Below are positions 27,786-37,507 of a DNA stretch of 64,000 nucleotides, one piece after another; the first letter of the stretch is position 1; each line of letters begins with the position of its first letter. The stretch is taken from the NCBI GenBank assembly GCA_018334675.1, contig JAGXLL010000011.1, positions 51-64,050 of the forward strand, given 5' to 3'. The notes under the pieces were generated by a model. That model searched no databases and was not told the DNA's origin. It saw only the letters and a list, made by a program, of their open reading frames with translations. A program made the translations under genes and the position numbers. This DNA comes from Bacteroidales bacterium (GTDB lineage Bacteria; Bacteroidota; Bacteroidia; Bacteroidales; UBA12077).

Positions 27786-28055
27786 AACTTGCTATACAAA
27801 AATAAAGGGTTTACGGTTCAATCCAACCCTGGTGAGAAAATTTCTCTGCCGCTTATCACCGCCTTTTCCTGGGTGCACTTCGCGATATTAACGGTGGGGC
27901 TCCATCGCCACAGATAAGTAACGGCAAGGTTATGTATCCGGCGTCAAACTCCGGACAGAGAACCCTGCCGCAAACAGCAGTTACTTTGTTGCAAAAAAAT
28001 ATCATCCAGCCCCTTTGCTGATCAGCAAATCAAACCGGAAAAGAGGATGTTGGCT

Positions 28056-28610
28056 TTATTTCTCACCTAGTCCGGGAAATTTGTTGCGCACATATTCCAC
28101 ACCTTCCTTGGTGAAACGATAATGAGCCTGTCTGCCGACCTTGCTGACCTGCTCAACCAATTTGCGGGCTTTTTCAGCGTTCTTCATCAGATTGGAGGGA
28201 TTGCTCACCTTTATATCGTTTGCCTTAAGCGTGTTGGTAACATCCCGCACCTTAAATGTATTCTCTCCAGAGGCAAGCTGATTCAAATAAGCGGCTATCA
28301 GAGCCTTATCCGTATTCTTTAGCTTCTTGGGTACACTCCTCATCCATTCACCAACCTGATTGGCCTGGGTGGAAGTTTTCGCCTTGGGAGCGGCTTTCTT
28401 TCTGGTTTTAGTTTTAGTCGTTGCAGACTTCCGGGTAGTGGTTTTGGGTTTCGCTGTTTTGGTTTTGGTTTTGGTTCCGGTTACCTTCTCCTGAATACCA
28501 AGCTTTTCCTCCATCTCACGATATTGCTTGGTAACAAAATCTGAAGGCCCTTCAATGGAAATCTCAACTTCACCTACTTTAACATTAATTTTAGAATTGT
28601 TCTCATTCAT
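28056..28610 (-). CDS. Hypothetical protein with Lys/Thr-rich basic linker and winged-helix-like C-terminal domain
   Basis: 184 aa. N-domain, then TKTKTKTAKPKTTTRKSATTKTKTRKKAAPKAKT, then a C-terminal ~90-aa domain. Divergent from the giant-protein operon across an 800-nt AT-rich region. Confidence 0.55.
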   Translation of the reverse strand: MNENNSKINVKVGEVEISIEGPSDFVTKQYREMEEKLGIQEKVTGTKTKTKTAKPKTTTRKSATTKTKTRKKAAPKAKTSTQANQVGEWMRSVPKKLKNTDKALIAAYLNQLASGENTFKVRDVTNTLKANDIKVSNPSNLMKNAEKARKLVEQVSKVGRQAHYRFTKEGVEYVRNKFPGLGEK

Positions 28611-29322
28611 AACGATACATTTTTAATAGATAAATACAATTTTTCGAATACTTAAATATGGGTATACTAATTATATAATTCACTGAAAAAAACATTAACT
28701 GCGAAATGATGGCCACGCTCCTGTAATTCTTTAATAGATACAAGGCCGATCAGCTTTTTGTTTATATTTTCCTTATATAATTACTCAAAGAAAACGATTT
28801 TCCCTCGTATACAACGAAAAAACAAACGCGGGTAAAACACTTATTTACAGATCAATAACCCAATAAACAAACGCAGTATGACAATAGAACTATACCAATA
28901 ATGGGTATAAATATATAGTATAATATAATTGAATCCAAATAGTTGATTGATTATTTGGATCATTTATCAAAAAATGAATAGACTTTTCCACTTATTGAAT
29001 AATAATTCCTTCCTTATAAGTATTAGATAAAAAATTACATTTGATTAAAGATCAGAATTATAGCATTAAGATCCATATGAATGGATTATTTACCATAGTT
29101 CATTCTTCCATCATCATCTAATATGAATAGGAAAACACAAAAGAGTACTTATTTTCAATACCATACAGCATCAAGGCCGCTCCCGGTAAAAATTTTCCTC
29201 TTTTTTTTGACCCACTCCAGAATTAATTACGTGCTTACCCAATAAGGATAAAACCACAATTTTTGCTAATCAATCTTCAAATGGATTACAAGTCAAAATT
29301 GAAATCACAATAAAAAAACGGC

Positions 29323-29419
29323 ATTATGAAACCCACATGCACGATCTTACACAACAAGGACATGATTAAGCATGGGGGTTACATATGACCATAATAAATA
29401 AAAAGATAATCATATGAAA
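29323..29419 (+). promoter_or_regulatory. Conserved leader element copy A, containing a 20-codon uORF (29326-29388) and a hairpin over the main start codon
   Basis: 97 nt nearly identical to 55226-55322. The uORF encodes MKPTCTILHNKDMIKHGGYI. CATATGA (29382-29388) and TCATATG (29410-29416) form an inverted repeat that includes the uORF stop and the main ATG. Confidence 0.6.
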
Positions 29420-32400
29420 CATCAGCATGTTGTAGGCTATCGATTCCTTCTGCTCCTTGTATGGGCTATTTTTAGTGTATTAAAAACAAATGCTCAGGAT
29501 AACCCGGTAAGCATATCGGTACAGGTCATTCCTCCTTATTCGCCTTATTTTTCAGATTATATTGGCGAGAGCGGGAATATTACTTCCGAGTACAATGACT
29601 TGATCATGGTCACCCTCCAAAACACCGATATGAGCAACAGTTATCAGTTAAAGCTCATACCAACAATTTCATCCAACACGAATGTTTCAGTGGAAGTTCA
29701 GCCCGGCTTCACTCCCACCCGTCCGATCAGCCTGGCACCAGGAGAGACGAGGGTCCTCAACATGTCTGATTTAAAAGGCTATAATTCCAACCTCAACAAC
29801 AACCACATAGCCTATTCAGGGGTAAGCTACAACGAACTGGTGCAAACCGGGGTTCTACCTGAAGGCAATTATACGGTATGTATACAGGCCTATGACTATA
29901 ACACCTCCACACCTTTATCAAACAGTGAGCCGGGAGGCTGCAGCGCCGGCTTCTTGGTCTCTCATCCTGATCCACCGCAAATCACCTTTCCCGTGAACGG
30001 GTCGGAGATACTGGCGGGGGATCCACAAAACCTTCAGTTCAGCTGGACACCCCCGGCCGGCGGATCCGGTAATTATCAATACAACGTGCGTATTGTGGAG
30101 TTATCCGGCACCCAGCTGGATCCGTATTTCGTGATGAACAACAGCAACTATGCCTTTTACAGGGAGCAGGGTTTGATGGTACCTTCCCTGTTATATGACA
30201 TGAGCAAACCCACCCTGGAGCCTGGTAATACTTATGCTGTAAGGGTAACGGCCAATGATCCGCAGAGCCAGACGATGATCAAGAACCAGGGTCAGAGCGA
30301 GATACATGTATTCCGTGTACAGCAGGACACCGCTTTGTTGGCCGACACCACCTCCGAAGAGACAGCAGAGGAACAGCCAGCTTTTGCTTGCGGGGGAGAT
30401 TGTGATTTTGACCTCTCGGGCGTTGACCGCACGCCGGTTACCACTTTCCAAACCGGCGACATCATAAAAGTGGGCCATTATGAGGTACAGATCACAGGCG
30501 GCAACTGGTCGGGCGATCAGCTTACGGGAGAAGGAAAGATCCTGGCCACCGACTACATCCCTGTGGCTGTGAATGCCGATCTGATCAACCTGCAAATCAA
30601 TTCAAACGGCCGTGCCTTCAATGGCAAGGTGCAAGCTCAAGCCGGCAACACCAACCTTTTCAATCAAAGCATGCTTTCCGACATGGCCGGTCAGATCAAC
30701 CTCCCTCAAACGGATCCTTCCATCCTGTTCAACCAACTGAGTGATCCGGGCAGGCTACTGGCCAATCTTCAAAATGAAGCCACCATGGATCTGCCGTTGG
30801 GTATTGGGGCACCCGGCGACTACTATACGGTGGCTCTGGTGGGCATGGTGCTCAAACCTGAGAAAGCTACCATCAACACAGCCGCTATGATGGCGGCACC
30901 CGAAGAACAAAATAAATACCTGGCTTTTGGCGCCAAGAATGTGTGCATCAATCCCTCCGGTCTGGCAGCTTCTGATTCGATCCAAATGTCGCTGTTGGAG
31001 GATGTGAACATTCGGTTCTCCGATGATGTAAGCATGAAGCTTTCCACAACAGCCGGCAACGCCAGCACCTATGCAACAGCAGGATGTGAAGGCTTTGGCC
31101 GGGTATATGCTCAGGGCGATCTGATCATGTCGCCGGAAGTAATACGATATGAGAATCCTGATGGAACACAAAACACCCAGGATACGGTTAAGCTCAGCTT
31201 TGCCACCTCGTTTTCAGACTGGTCCGATTGGTTGATCGCCGCCAACCTCTTCGATGAGAACCGGCGCTATCAGTTCCCCGAGATGGAAGATTACAGCTTC
31301 CGGATTCAGCAAATGGTGCTGGATCACAGCGACCTGCGCAACGACCCCTCCCTGGTATTCCCCGACCAATATGCCTCGGCCGACCGCAATGCAACATGGA
31401 AAGGTCTGTACATCAAAGCCTTTAATATGATGATGCCCCGTTTCATCGACAAGAACGATGATCAACGCATCGAACTAACCGGTCGCAACATTCTGATCGA
31501 TCAGCATGGGGTTTCCACTTTCATCGAAGCCAACAACGTGCTTACTCAAAATGAAGGCAGACTGGGCGACTGGGCCTTCTCCATGGACTATCTGGCACTG
31601 GAGTTGGTAGCCAGCAGGCTGGACTCGGCCTCTATGAAAGGAGAGCTGCTGATGCCAATCTCCGATTCCAGCTTCAGCTATACCACTCATATGAGTTACC
31701 TCAACAGCCGGCTGGACTATGATTTCAATTTGGTTACCGCCGACGTGATCAATGTGCCCATGTGGTATGCGCAAATGGACCTGTATGAATCTTCCAGGCT
31801 GGATCTGACGATCAACACCAACAATGAGGTGACGATCCAGGCCATCCTCAACGGAAAACTTACCCTGGACAGTGAAGTCGGCGATTTCGACCAGGTGAAG
31901 ATCGGCGGTCTGGAGTTTGAGCAACTGGTCCTTCGCAATAAACCCCAATATATCAGAATGGACGGGGCCATGGCATTGGATGCCTCGGCCTCACCATCCC
32001 TGATGGGCTTTGGACTGAATCTGGGAGGCAACGGATCGGGATCCAACTCCGAATCCGGGGCTCTAAACGGTAGCCTGGACATTGGCCTGGATGAAGTGAG
32101 TTCCCGACGCACAGCCCTTTTCATGGATATGGGAATAAACTTCACCGGAAAGGGGGAGAGCAATTCGCTCTCAGGCAATACACGAATCAGCCTCGAAGCC
32201 CGCTATAATCCTCAACAGGTGAAATGGGAAAACGCCTCGGCTTCCATCGAACAAATTGAACTCGATGCCAACATGGGGATTATGGACATCTATGGGATGA
32301 TCCGGTTCTTTAAGGACAACCCGGTCTATGGAAAAGGTTTCCAGGGTACGCTTAACAGCCGGTTCTTAGAAACCATCAACGTGGATGTGAATGGACTGTT

Positions 32401-35356
32401 CGGTTCGGTAGACGACTACCGCTACTTCTATGTAGACGGCAAAGCCTCTTTTGGAGTCGGCGGCCTGGGTTTCTTCGGCCTCGGCATGTATGGCTTCGGC
32501 GGAGGTCTGGCCTACAATATGGAAAATACGTCCCTGCCCACTACCGACGACATCGCCCAAAACACATCAGGCGTACAGTCCGATTATGAACCCAAAGAAG
32601 GATCCTTGGCACTGAAGGCCACAGTAATGATGGGCCTCCAGGGTGATCCTAAGCCCTGGAACTCCGATGTGACCTTTGAAGTAGGATGGAACAATCAAAG
32701 CGGGCTGACCCGAATCGATATCGGTGGCGACTCCTATTTCATGCAGGAGCTGGCCGACCGGTCCAACCCCAAATTCAAAGGGACCCTGGACATGACCTAC
32801 AACTTTAACCAACAGCGGTTCATGGCAGCCGCCCAGACCGACATCCGTATACCTGCGCAGGATCCCAACATAACAGGAAATATGCCGGCCAACTTCCTGT
32901 TCGATTTTCAGCGGGGAGGAGGCCTGAGTGAGTGGTACATCAAATTTGGCGAACCCAGCGACCGCATCATCACCCATGTTGCCATCACCGAGGATATCTC
33001 CTTCACCAACGGCTCCTATTTCATGACCGGCTCGAACATTCCGGGCATGCCGCCTCCGCCACCCGCTATACTCCAGGAACTCGACATCAGCCAATCCAGT
33101 CAGCTGGCCCGACCCAATAACCATGCCATTGAAGCGGGAGCAGGTTTTGCCCACGGCCTCAAACTCGACTTCGAGCTGAACGAGATGGATGCAGTGATCT
33201 GCAACATCGACGCCCGTCTGATAGCTGGCTATGATATATCTGTCATGGACTGGTCGAGAGAAGGCATCCTGTGCAACGGCCGTTCAGAGTTTGGCGTGAA
33301 TGACTGGTATGCCAAAGGCCAGCTCTACTTCCTGGCCAGCGCACATTTCTATGGCAAAGGACCGAAGGAGATGACCTATTTCAGAACCTCGCTGGCCGCA
33401 CTGGCACAAGGAGGGCTGCCCAATCCCACCGGTGTGCGCGGCAAGGTACAGGCTACCTTCGACGTGGGCTGGAAAACCTGGAAACCTTCCAAAGAATTCT
33501 ACATCGGAGAGATATGTGAGATGTCCATTCCGGAAGATGCCGAGCCGGATATCGAAAATCCATACCAGGACGCCCAGTTCATCTCCAGGGTGAGCCCCGA
33601 CCAGGGAGGGGACAATATATCACCTATTGTAGTCCCTGAAGTCGAATTCAACTACCCGGTGGAAAAAATCAAAAATTTCACTTTCCCGGATGGAATGGGC
33701 GGAACAGTCAGCAAAACCTATAAGATCGGGTATGATCTCTACATCCGCGAAAACGGTTCTTCCAACCGCATCGACCTGAGCTCGGCTCCTTCCGGCAACA
33801 ACAGAGAACTGGAGATCACCATGAACGAACAATTGAAGCCGGAAACGGCCTATGAGATCGCAGCGGAAGCCACCCTCCTTCAAAAATCCGGGAACAACTG
33901 GAATGAAGTACGTGAAGGCAACCGCATCGTTCACGAGAAAGTCTCCAACACTTTCATAACCGGTAAGAAAGAGAAATTCAGTGACATCGATATAGCAGAA
34001 ATGACGCCGGTGAAACGGCAACGATACTTTAAAAAAGGAGACCATCCACAGGGATTGATCCGTTTCCGCACGAACATGGATGGATTCTTCAATCAGTATT
34101 CCGGTAAGCAGATTCAGGTGAAGTTCACTTCCCTCGATGAATCCGACGAGCATGTGGTGGATGCCAGCCTCTACAGCGACCGGCTCACATACCCCATGCC
34201 CGATCTGAATAAGGAAACCATCTACAGCGTTAAGATCCTTGCAGTAGACAGGGAGGAAGAAAGTTCAACATCTTCCGGCTATGGATGGTTCGGCAACAAC
34301 GGGTTTGCATTTTCTGTGCTGAACAATTCCGGCTCCAGCCAATCAGGTAGTTCGCAAAGCGGTTCCGGAAGCACCCAATCCGGAGGCTTCTCCACCGGCG
34401 TTCAAAGCACCCAATACAATTTTAACACCAACGCCACGGCCGCCGATGACCTGGAGCTGGACCCCACTGTTTTCGCTCCGGTGCTCTATGAATATCACTT
34501 CCGCACCAGTATGTTCAACACCCTGGGTGAGAAACTCAACAGCCTGCAGGATGCTGAAGTGTCCCTGGCCTATCAGAATGTGGGAGCTGAGACCGCTAAG
34601 AAGCTTACGATACGTCTTCAGGGCCCCGAGCGCTTTGAGGGATACCTCCAGAATCAAAACAATGAACTGGAATTTGAAGAGGTGACATATCGCCTCGAGC
34701 ACAACAACGGTGTAGAGGACGACTTTTTACCTGACTGGTACCTCAATAACGTGAATTATACTGTAAACAGCAGCCAATCCTGGACTGAAAAGGTTACCTA
34801 TCAGGTGCTCCGGCAAACAACCCCGTATGAAGCCTTTGGTCAGGACCCCTACCAGTTGAAAGGTTACTGGCAGGGAAGCGGCATATTGCCATCGTATTTT
34901 GACGGACCTCTTAGTGACCGCAACATCCAATACGGATGGGAACCCGACTACTCCAACTCCGGTAACTCCACGGGTTACGGATACCATACATCCTCCAACA
35001 CGCAGAACATCAATTTCAGTGCGAGCGGCACATTCGTGAATGCCAACGACCTGTCCCTGGGCAGCGATGCATATGACGCCTCCGAACTGACCACTGTGAT
35101 GGCTGTGGAAGTGACACTGGAACGTAAGATCCTGCGCGAATTCCAGAATGAAACGGTCCCGGCCGTGGAAGTGGCCAAACAATATGAAACAGGAGGTCCC
35201 GGTCAACCGGGTGGGGCACCTGGCACGAGTGGTGGCATGAGCACCACAGACCTGGAAAGCGCCCAATACCTATCCATGCCCAATGGCAATTACCAGATCC
35301 GGCTACGTATGACCGAAGGCAACACGTTAACTAAAACCGTCTACTTCAACTTTTAA
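29414..35356 (+). CDS. Giant (1980 aa) secreted beta-rich protein of unknown function
   Basis: Uninterrupted 5.9-kb ORF. Signal peptide ...VWAIFSVLKTNAQ, two N-terminal beta-sandwich-like modules, a Gly-zipper-like stretch, a PPPPP hinge and an S/G/Q linker. No catalytic motif recognised. Confidence 0.85.
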   Translation: MKHQHVVGYRFLLLLVWAIFSVLKTNAQDNPVSISVQVIPPYSPYFSDYIGESGNITSEYNDLIMVTLQNTDMSNSYQLKLIPTISSNTNVSVEVQPGFTPTRPISLAPGETRVLNMSDLKGYNSNLNNNHIAYSGVSYNELVQTGVLPEGNYTVCIQAYDYNTSTPLSNSEPGGCSAGFLVSHPDPPQITFPVNGSEILAGDPQNLQFSWTPPAGGSGNYQYNVRIVELSGTQLDPYFVMNNSNYAFYREQGLMVPSLLYDMSKPTLEPGNTYAVRVTANDPQSQTMIKNQGQSEIHVFRVQQDTALLADTTSEETAEEQPAFACGGDCDFDLSGVDRTPVTTFQTGDIIKVGHYEVQITGGNWSGDQLTGEGKILATDYIPVAVNADLINLQINSNGRAFNGKVQAQAGNTNLFNQSMLSDMAGQINLPQTDPSILFNQLSDPGRLLANLQNEATMDLPLGIGAPGDYYTVALVGMVLKPEKATINTAAMMAAPEEQNKYLAFGAKNVCINPSGLAASDSIQMSLLEDVNIRFSDDVSMKLSTTAGNASTYATAGCEGFGRVYAQGDLIMSPEVIRYENPDGTQNTQDTVKLSFATSFSDWSDWLIAANLFDENRRYQFPEMEDYSFRIQQMVLDHSDLRNDPSLVFPDQYASADRNATWKGLYIKAFNMMMPRFIDKNDDQRIELTGRNILIDQHGVSTFIEANNVLTQNEGRLGDWAFSMDYLALELVASRLDSASMKGELLMPISDSSFSYTTHMSYLNSRLDYDFNLVTADVINVPMWYAQMDLYESSRLDLTINTNNEVTIQAILNGKLTLDSEVGDFDQVKIGGLEFEQLVLRNKPQYIRMDGAMALDASASPSLMGFGLNLGGNGSGSNSESGALNGSLDIGLDEVSSRRTALFMDMGINFTGKGESNSLSGNTRISLEARYNPQQVKWENASASIEQIELDANMGIMDIYGMIRFFKDNPVYGKGFQGTLNSRFLETINVDVNGLFGSVDDYRYFYVDGKASFGVGGLGFFGLGMYGFGGGLAYNMENTSLPTTDDIAQNTSGVQSDYEPKEGSLALKATVMMGLQGDPKPWNSDVTFEVGWNNQSGLTRIDIGGDSYFMQELADRSNPKFKGTLDMTYNFNQQRFMAAAQTDIRIPAQDPNITGNMPANFLFDFQRGGGLSEWYIKFGEPSDRIITHVAITEDISFTNGSYFMTGSNIPGMPPPPPAILQELDISQSSQLARPNNHAIEAGAGFAHGLKLDFELNEMDAVICNIDARLIAGYDISVMDWSREGILCNGRSEFGVNDWYAKGQLYFLASAHFYGKGPKEMTYFRTSLAALAQGGLPNPTGVRGKVQATFDVGWKTWKPSKEFYIGEICEMSIPEDAEPDIENPYQDAQFISRVSPDQGGDNISPIVVPEVEFNYPVEKIKNFTFPDGMGGTVSKTYKIGYDLYIRENGSSNRIDLSSAPSGNNRELEITMNEQLKPETAYEIAAEATLLQKSGNNWNEVREGNRIVHEKVSNTFITGKKEKFSDIDIAEMTPVKRQRYFKKGDHPQGLIRFRTNMDGFFNQYSGKQIQVKFTSLDESDEHVVDASLYSDRLTYPMPDLNKETIYSVKILAVDREEESSTSSGYGWFGNNGFAFSVLNNSGSSQSGSSQSGSGSTQSGGFSTGVQSTQYNFNTNATAADDLELDPTVFAPVLYEYHFRTSMFNTLGEKLNSLQDAEVSLAYQNVGAETAKKLTIRLQGPERFEGYLQNQNNELEFEEVTYRLEHNNGVEDDFLPDWYLNNVNYTVNSSQSWTEKVTYQVLRQTTPYEAFGQDPYQLKGYWQGSGILPSYFDGPLSDRNIQYGWEPDYSNSGNSTGYGYHTSSNTQNINFSASGTFVNANDLSLGSDAYDASELTTVMAVEVTLERKILREFQNETVPAVEVAKQYETGGPGQPGGAPGTSGGMSTTDLESAQYLSMPNGNYQIRLRMTEGNTLTKTVYFNF

Positions 35357-35368
35357 AAACATTCAACC

Positions 35369-37423
35369 ATGAAATATTTCATAATAGGCTCGATGATCAT
35401 GCTGATGAGCATTACCGCTTATGCACAACAGAGCAACAGCAGCTTCCGGGTATTTTCAAAATACCAAAACGGCCAGGTGTATCTTAAGATACAGCCCATC
35501 GAAACCCAGGCCTGGTATGAAGCCCGGCAGAAAGGTTATGTCATTGAGAGAAAGGAACTGAATGGGGAAGAACCCTTTCAGGTAATCTCCTCCTCGCCTC
35601 TTGTTCCTTATTCACAGGAACGCATGAGGCAATTGGCACAGGAAGATCCATATACAGGTGAGCTCATGACCGTCCTTTACGATATGGAACAGATGGAAAA
35701 CCCTGATGAAATGAATTTTCCGCAGCTGGAAGAAAGGGCGAACAACCTGACAGGTACGATCTTCCTGCATTTCTATCTCTCATGCATGTCGCCTACCAGC
35801 AGCGAAGCTTCCGGTCTTCAGTTCACCGACATCGAAGCGCAGGCGAACCGGCAATATCAATACCGTGTGCGCATTAAAGGGGAAGAAGAAAATAGTGCGT
35901 CCGCGCGGGTAAACACATTCCGTGAAACGAGCCAGTCCCTGCCAATGGTCAACCTCAGGGGATTGGACAAAGCGGTTCAAATCAACTGGTACCATAAGGA
36001 TTATAGAGAGGTATACATTGGATATCGCATTGAAAAATCGGCCGACAGGAACAACTGGGGCTATCTGGGAGAGGCCCCCATCATCTATAACAAACGTGTA
36101 TCGAGTGAATCAGAAGATCTTGAACCGGGATATATTTACGAGGGAGACAGCCTGGAACGAAACTACAAGCCCTACTATTACCGGCTGACCGGCATCGACT
36201 TCTTCGGTCACCGCATGGGTCCCGGCCAGGTCTTTGAGGTTAGGGGCAGGGACCTTCAGGCTCCCGGCCAACCCCGGCAAGTTGAACTTGCCCATCAGGA
36301 TAACGGCAGCATGGAGCTCAGCTGGGATTATCCGGTCAACCAGACACCTGATCTGGCCGGTTTCTTTATTGGCCGGGGCCCGGAGCCTGAAGGTCCTTTC
36401 AAGCAAGTAAACCGGAATATGCTTCCCCCAAAATCCCGAAGCTACCAACTCGATCAACCCACTGAGCCCGGCATCACCTACTATGTTGTGACCGCCCTGG
36501 ATACAGCCGGCAACTATAAAAATTCCCTGACTGTATACGAATCGGTGCCCGATAACACACCTCCGGCTACACCTGATCGGCTGACAGGTTCAATCGACAC
36601 CAGTGGCGTGGTCACCCTTACCTGGCCGCGTGGAGAAGAAAACGACCTGATGGGTTACCGCCTCTACCGTTCCAACCAACCCGATCATGAATACGTACAG
36701 ATAACCCATGCCCCCCTGGCCGATACGATCCTGCGGGATACCATCACACTGCGAACACTAACCAAAGAAGTATTCTATAAAATAGTGGCGGTGGACAACA
36801 ATTATAACCACTCTCCCTTCTCTGCACCCGAGAAGGTGATAAGACCTGATGTGGTGCCCCCCGTGCCACCCCGTATCCGCAGCGTATCTCTGAATAACAA
36901 TACGGTGTCCGTTAAATGGGCAGCCAGCTCCAGCCGCGATGTGGAAGAAAATATCCTGCTCAGGCAGGACGGTGATGAATGGATGCAGGCAGGCACCTTT
37001 ACAGACCAAACCTCCTTCCGGGAGCCCCTTCCCGCCGACCGGCAACAAATAGTCTATGCCATGGTAGCCCGGGATAAAAGCGGCCTGTATTCCGATACAT
37101 CCGACACCCGTTCCGTTCGAAGCATAAAATTCTATAAACTGGAAACCGCCGCGGGCATTGAAGCCCGTTACAACCAGGAAGAGAAAAGGGTGCAGATCAA
37201 GTGGGACGGCCCGGGAGGAGACAATATATTCTATATCATATACAGAGGAACCCCGGAAAAAGGTCTCCGCATGTACCAAACTGCCGACAACGGAAAATCC
37301 AGTTTCTCAGACAACCGGCTGGTGCCGGGCAGGGAATACCAGTATGCCATCCGGGTAAAACGAGCCGATGGCAAAACCAGCCCGCTCAGCGACCGGGTAA
37401 CGGTACAGGTTAACAATCCATAA
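35369..37423 (+). CDS. Secreted protein with ~6 fibronectin-type-III-like repeats
   Basis: 684 aa. Signal peptide MKYFIIGSMIMLMSITAYAQQ. Recurrent FN3-style strands (YIGYRIEKS, GFFIGRG, MGYRLYRSN, FYIIYRG; YQYRVRI, YQYAIRV). Begins 12 nt after the giant ORF. Confidence 0.8.
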   Translation: MKYFIIGSMIMLMSITAYAQQSNSSFRVFSKYQNGQVYLKIQPIETQAWYEARQKGYVIERKELNGEEPFQVISSSPLVPYSQERMRQLAQEDPYTGELMTVLYDMEQMENPDEMNFPQLEERANNLTGTIFLHFYLSCMSPTSSEASGLQFTDIEAQANRQYQYRVRIKGEEENSASARVNTFRETSQSLPMVNLRGLDKAVQINWYHKDYREVYIGYRIEKSADRNNWGYLGEAPIIYNKRVSSESEDLEPGYIYEGDSLERNYKPYYYRLTGIDFFGHRMGPGQVFEVRGRDLQAPGQPRQVELAHQDNGSMELSWDYPVNQTPDLAGFFIGRGPEPEGPFKQVNRNMLPPKSRSYQLDQPTEPGITYYVVTALDTAGNYKNSLTVYESVPDNTPPATPDRLTGSIDTSGVVTLTWPRGEENDLMGYRLYRSNQPDHEYVQITHAPLADTILRDTITLRTLTKEVFYKIVAVDNNYNHSPFSAPEKVIRPDVVPPVPPRIRSVSLNNNTVSVKWAASSSRDVEENILLRQDGDEWMQAGTFTDQTSFREPLPADRQQIVYAMVARDKSGLYSDTSDTRSVRSIKFYKLETAAGIEARYNQEEKRVQIKWDGPGGDNIFYIIYRGTPEKGLRMYQTADNGKSSFSDNRLVPGREYQYAIRVKRADGKTSPLSDRVTVQVNNP

Positions 37424-37507
37424 TAAACCGTCCATCTCTATGGAAAAACACGAATGATAACAGCGACAAACAGGATAAACACCCAATTGATAAACCAAAA
37501 AAACAGG

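Noticed and set aside
27786-28055. Structured-looking 270-nt spacer upstream of the HAD hydrolase gene; considered a cobalamin or other riboswitch
   Set aside because: It contains several local hairpins (GAGAA/TTCTC, CTTATC/GATAAG, CACCG/CGGTG, CCGG/CCGG and the palindrome TTTGCTGATCAGCAAA). I could not match the conserved cores of cobalamin, TPP, FMN, SAM, SRP or RNase P RNAs. The identity is left unassigned; an Rfam covariance scan would decide.
35150-35356. Possible T9SS C-terminal sorting domain on the giant protein (…MPNGNYQIRLRMTEGNTLTKTVYFNF)
   Set aside because: Only the last two strands look vaguely CTD-like. The upstream conserved CTD features, such as a YPNP-type motif and an ~80-aa Ig-like fold signature, are not visible. 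The type-B CTD pattern is also absent.
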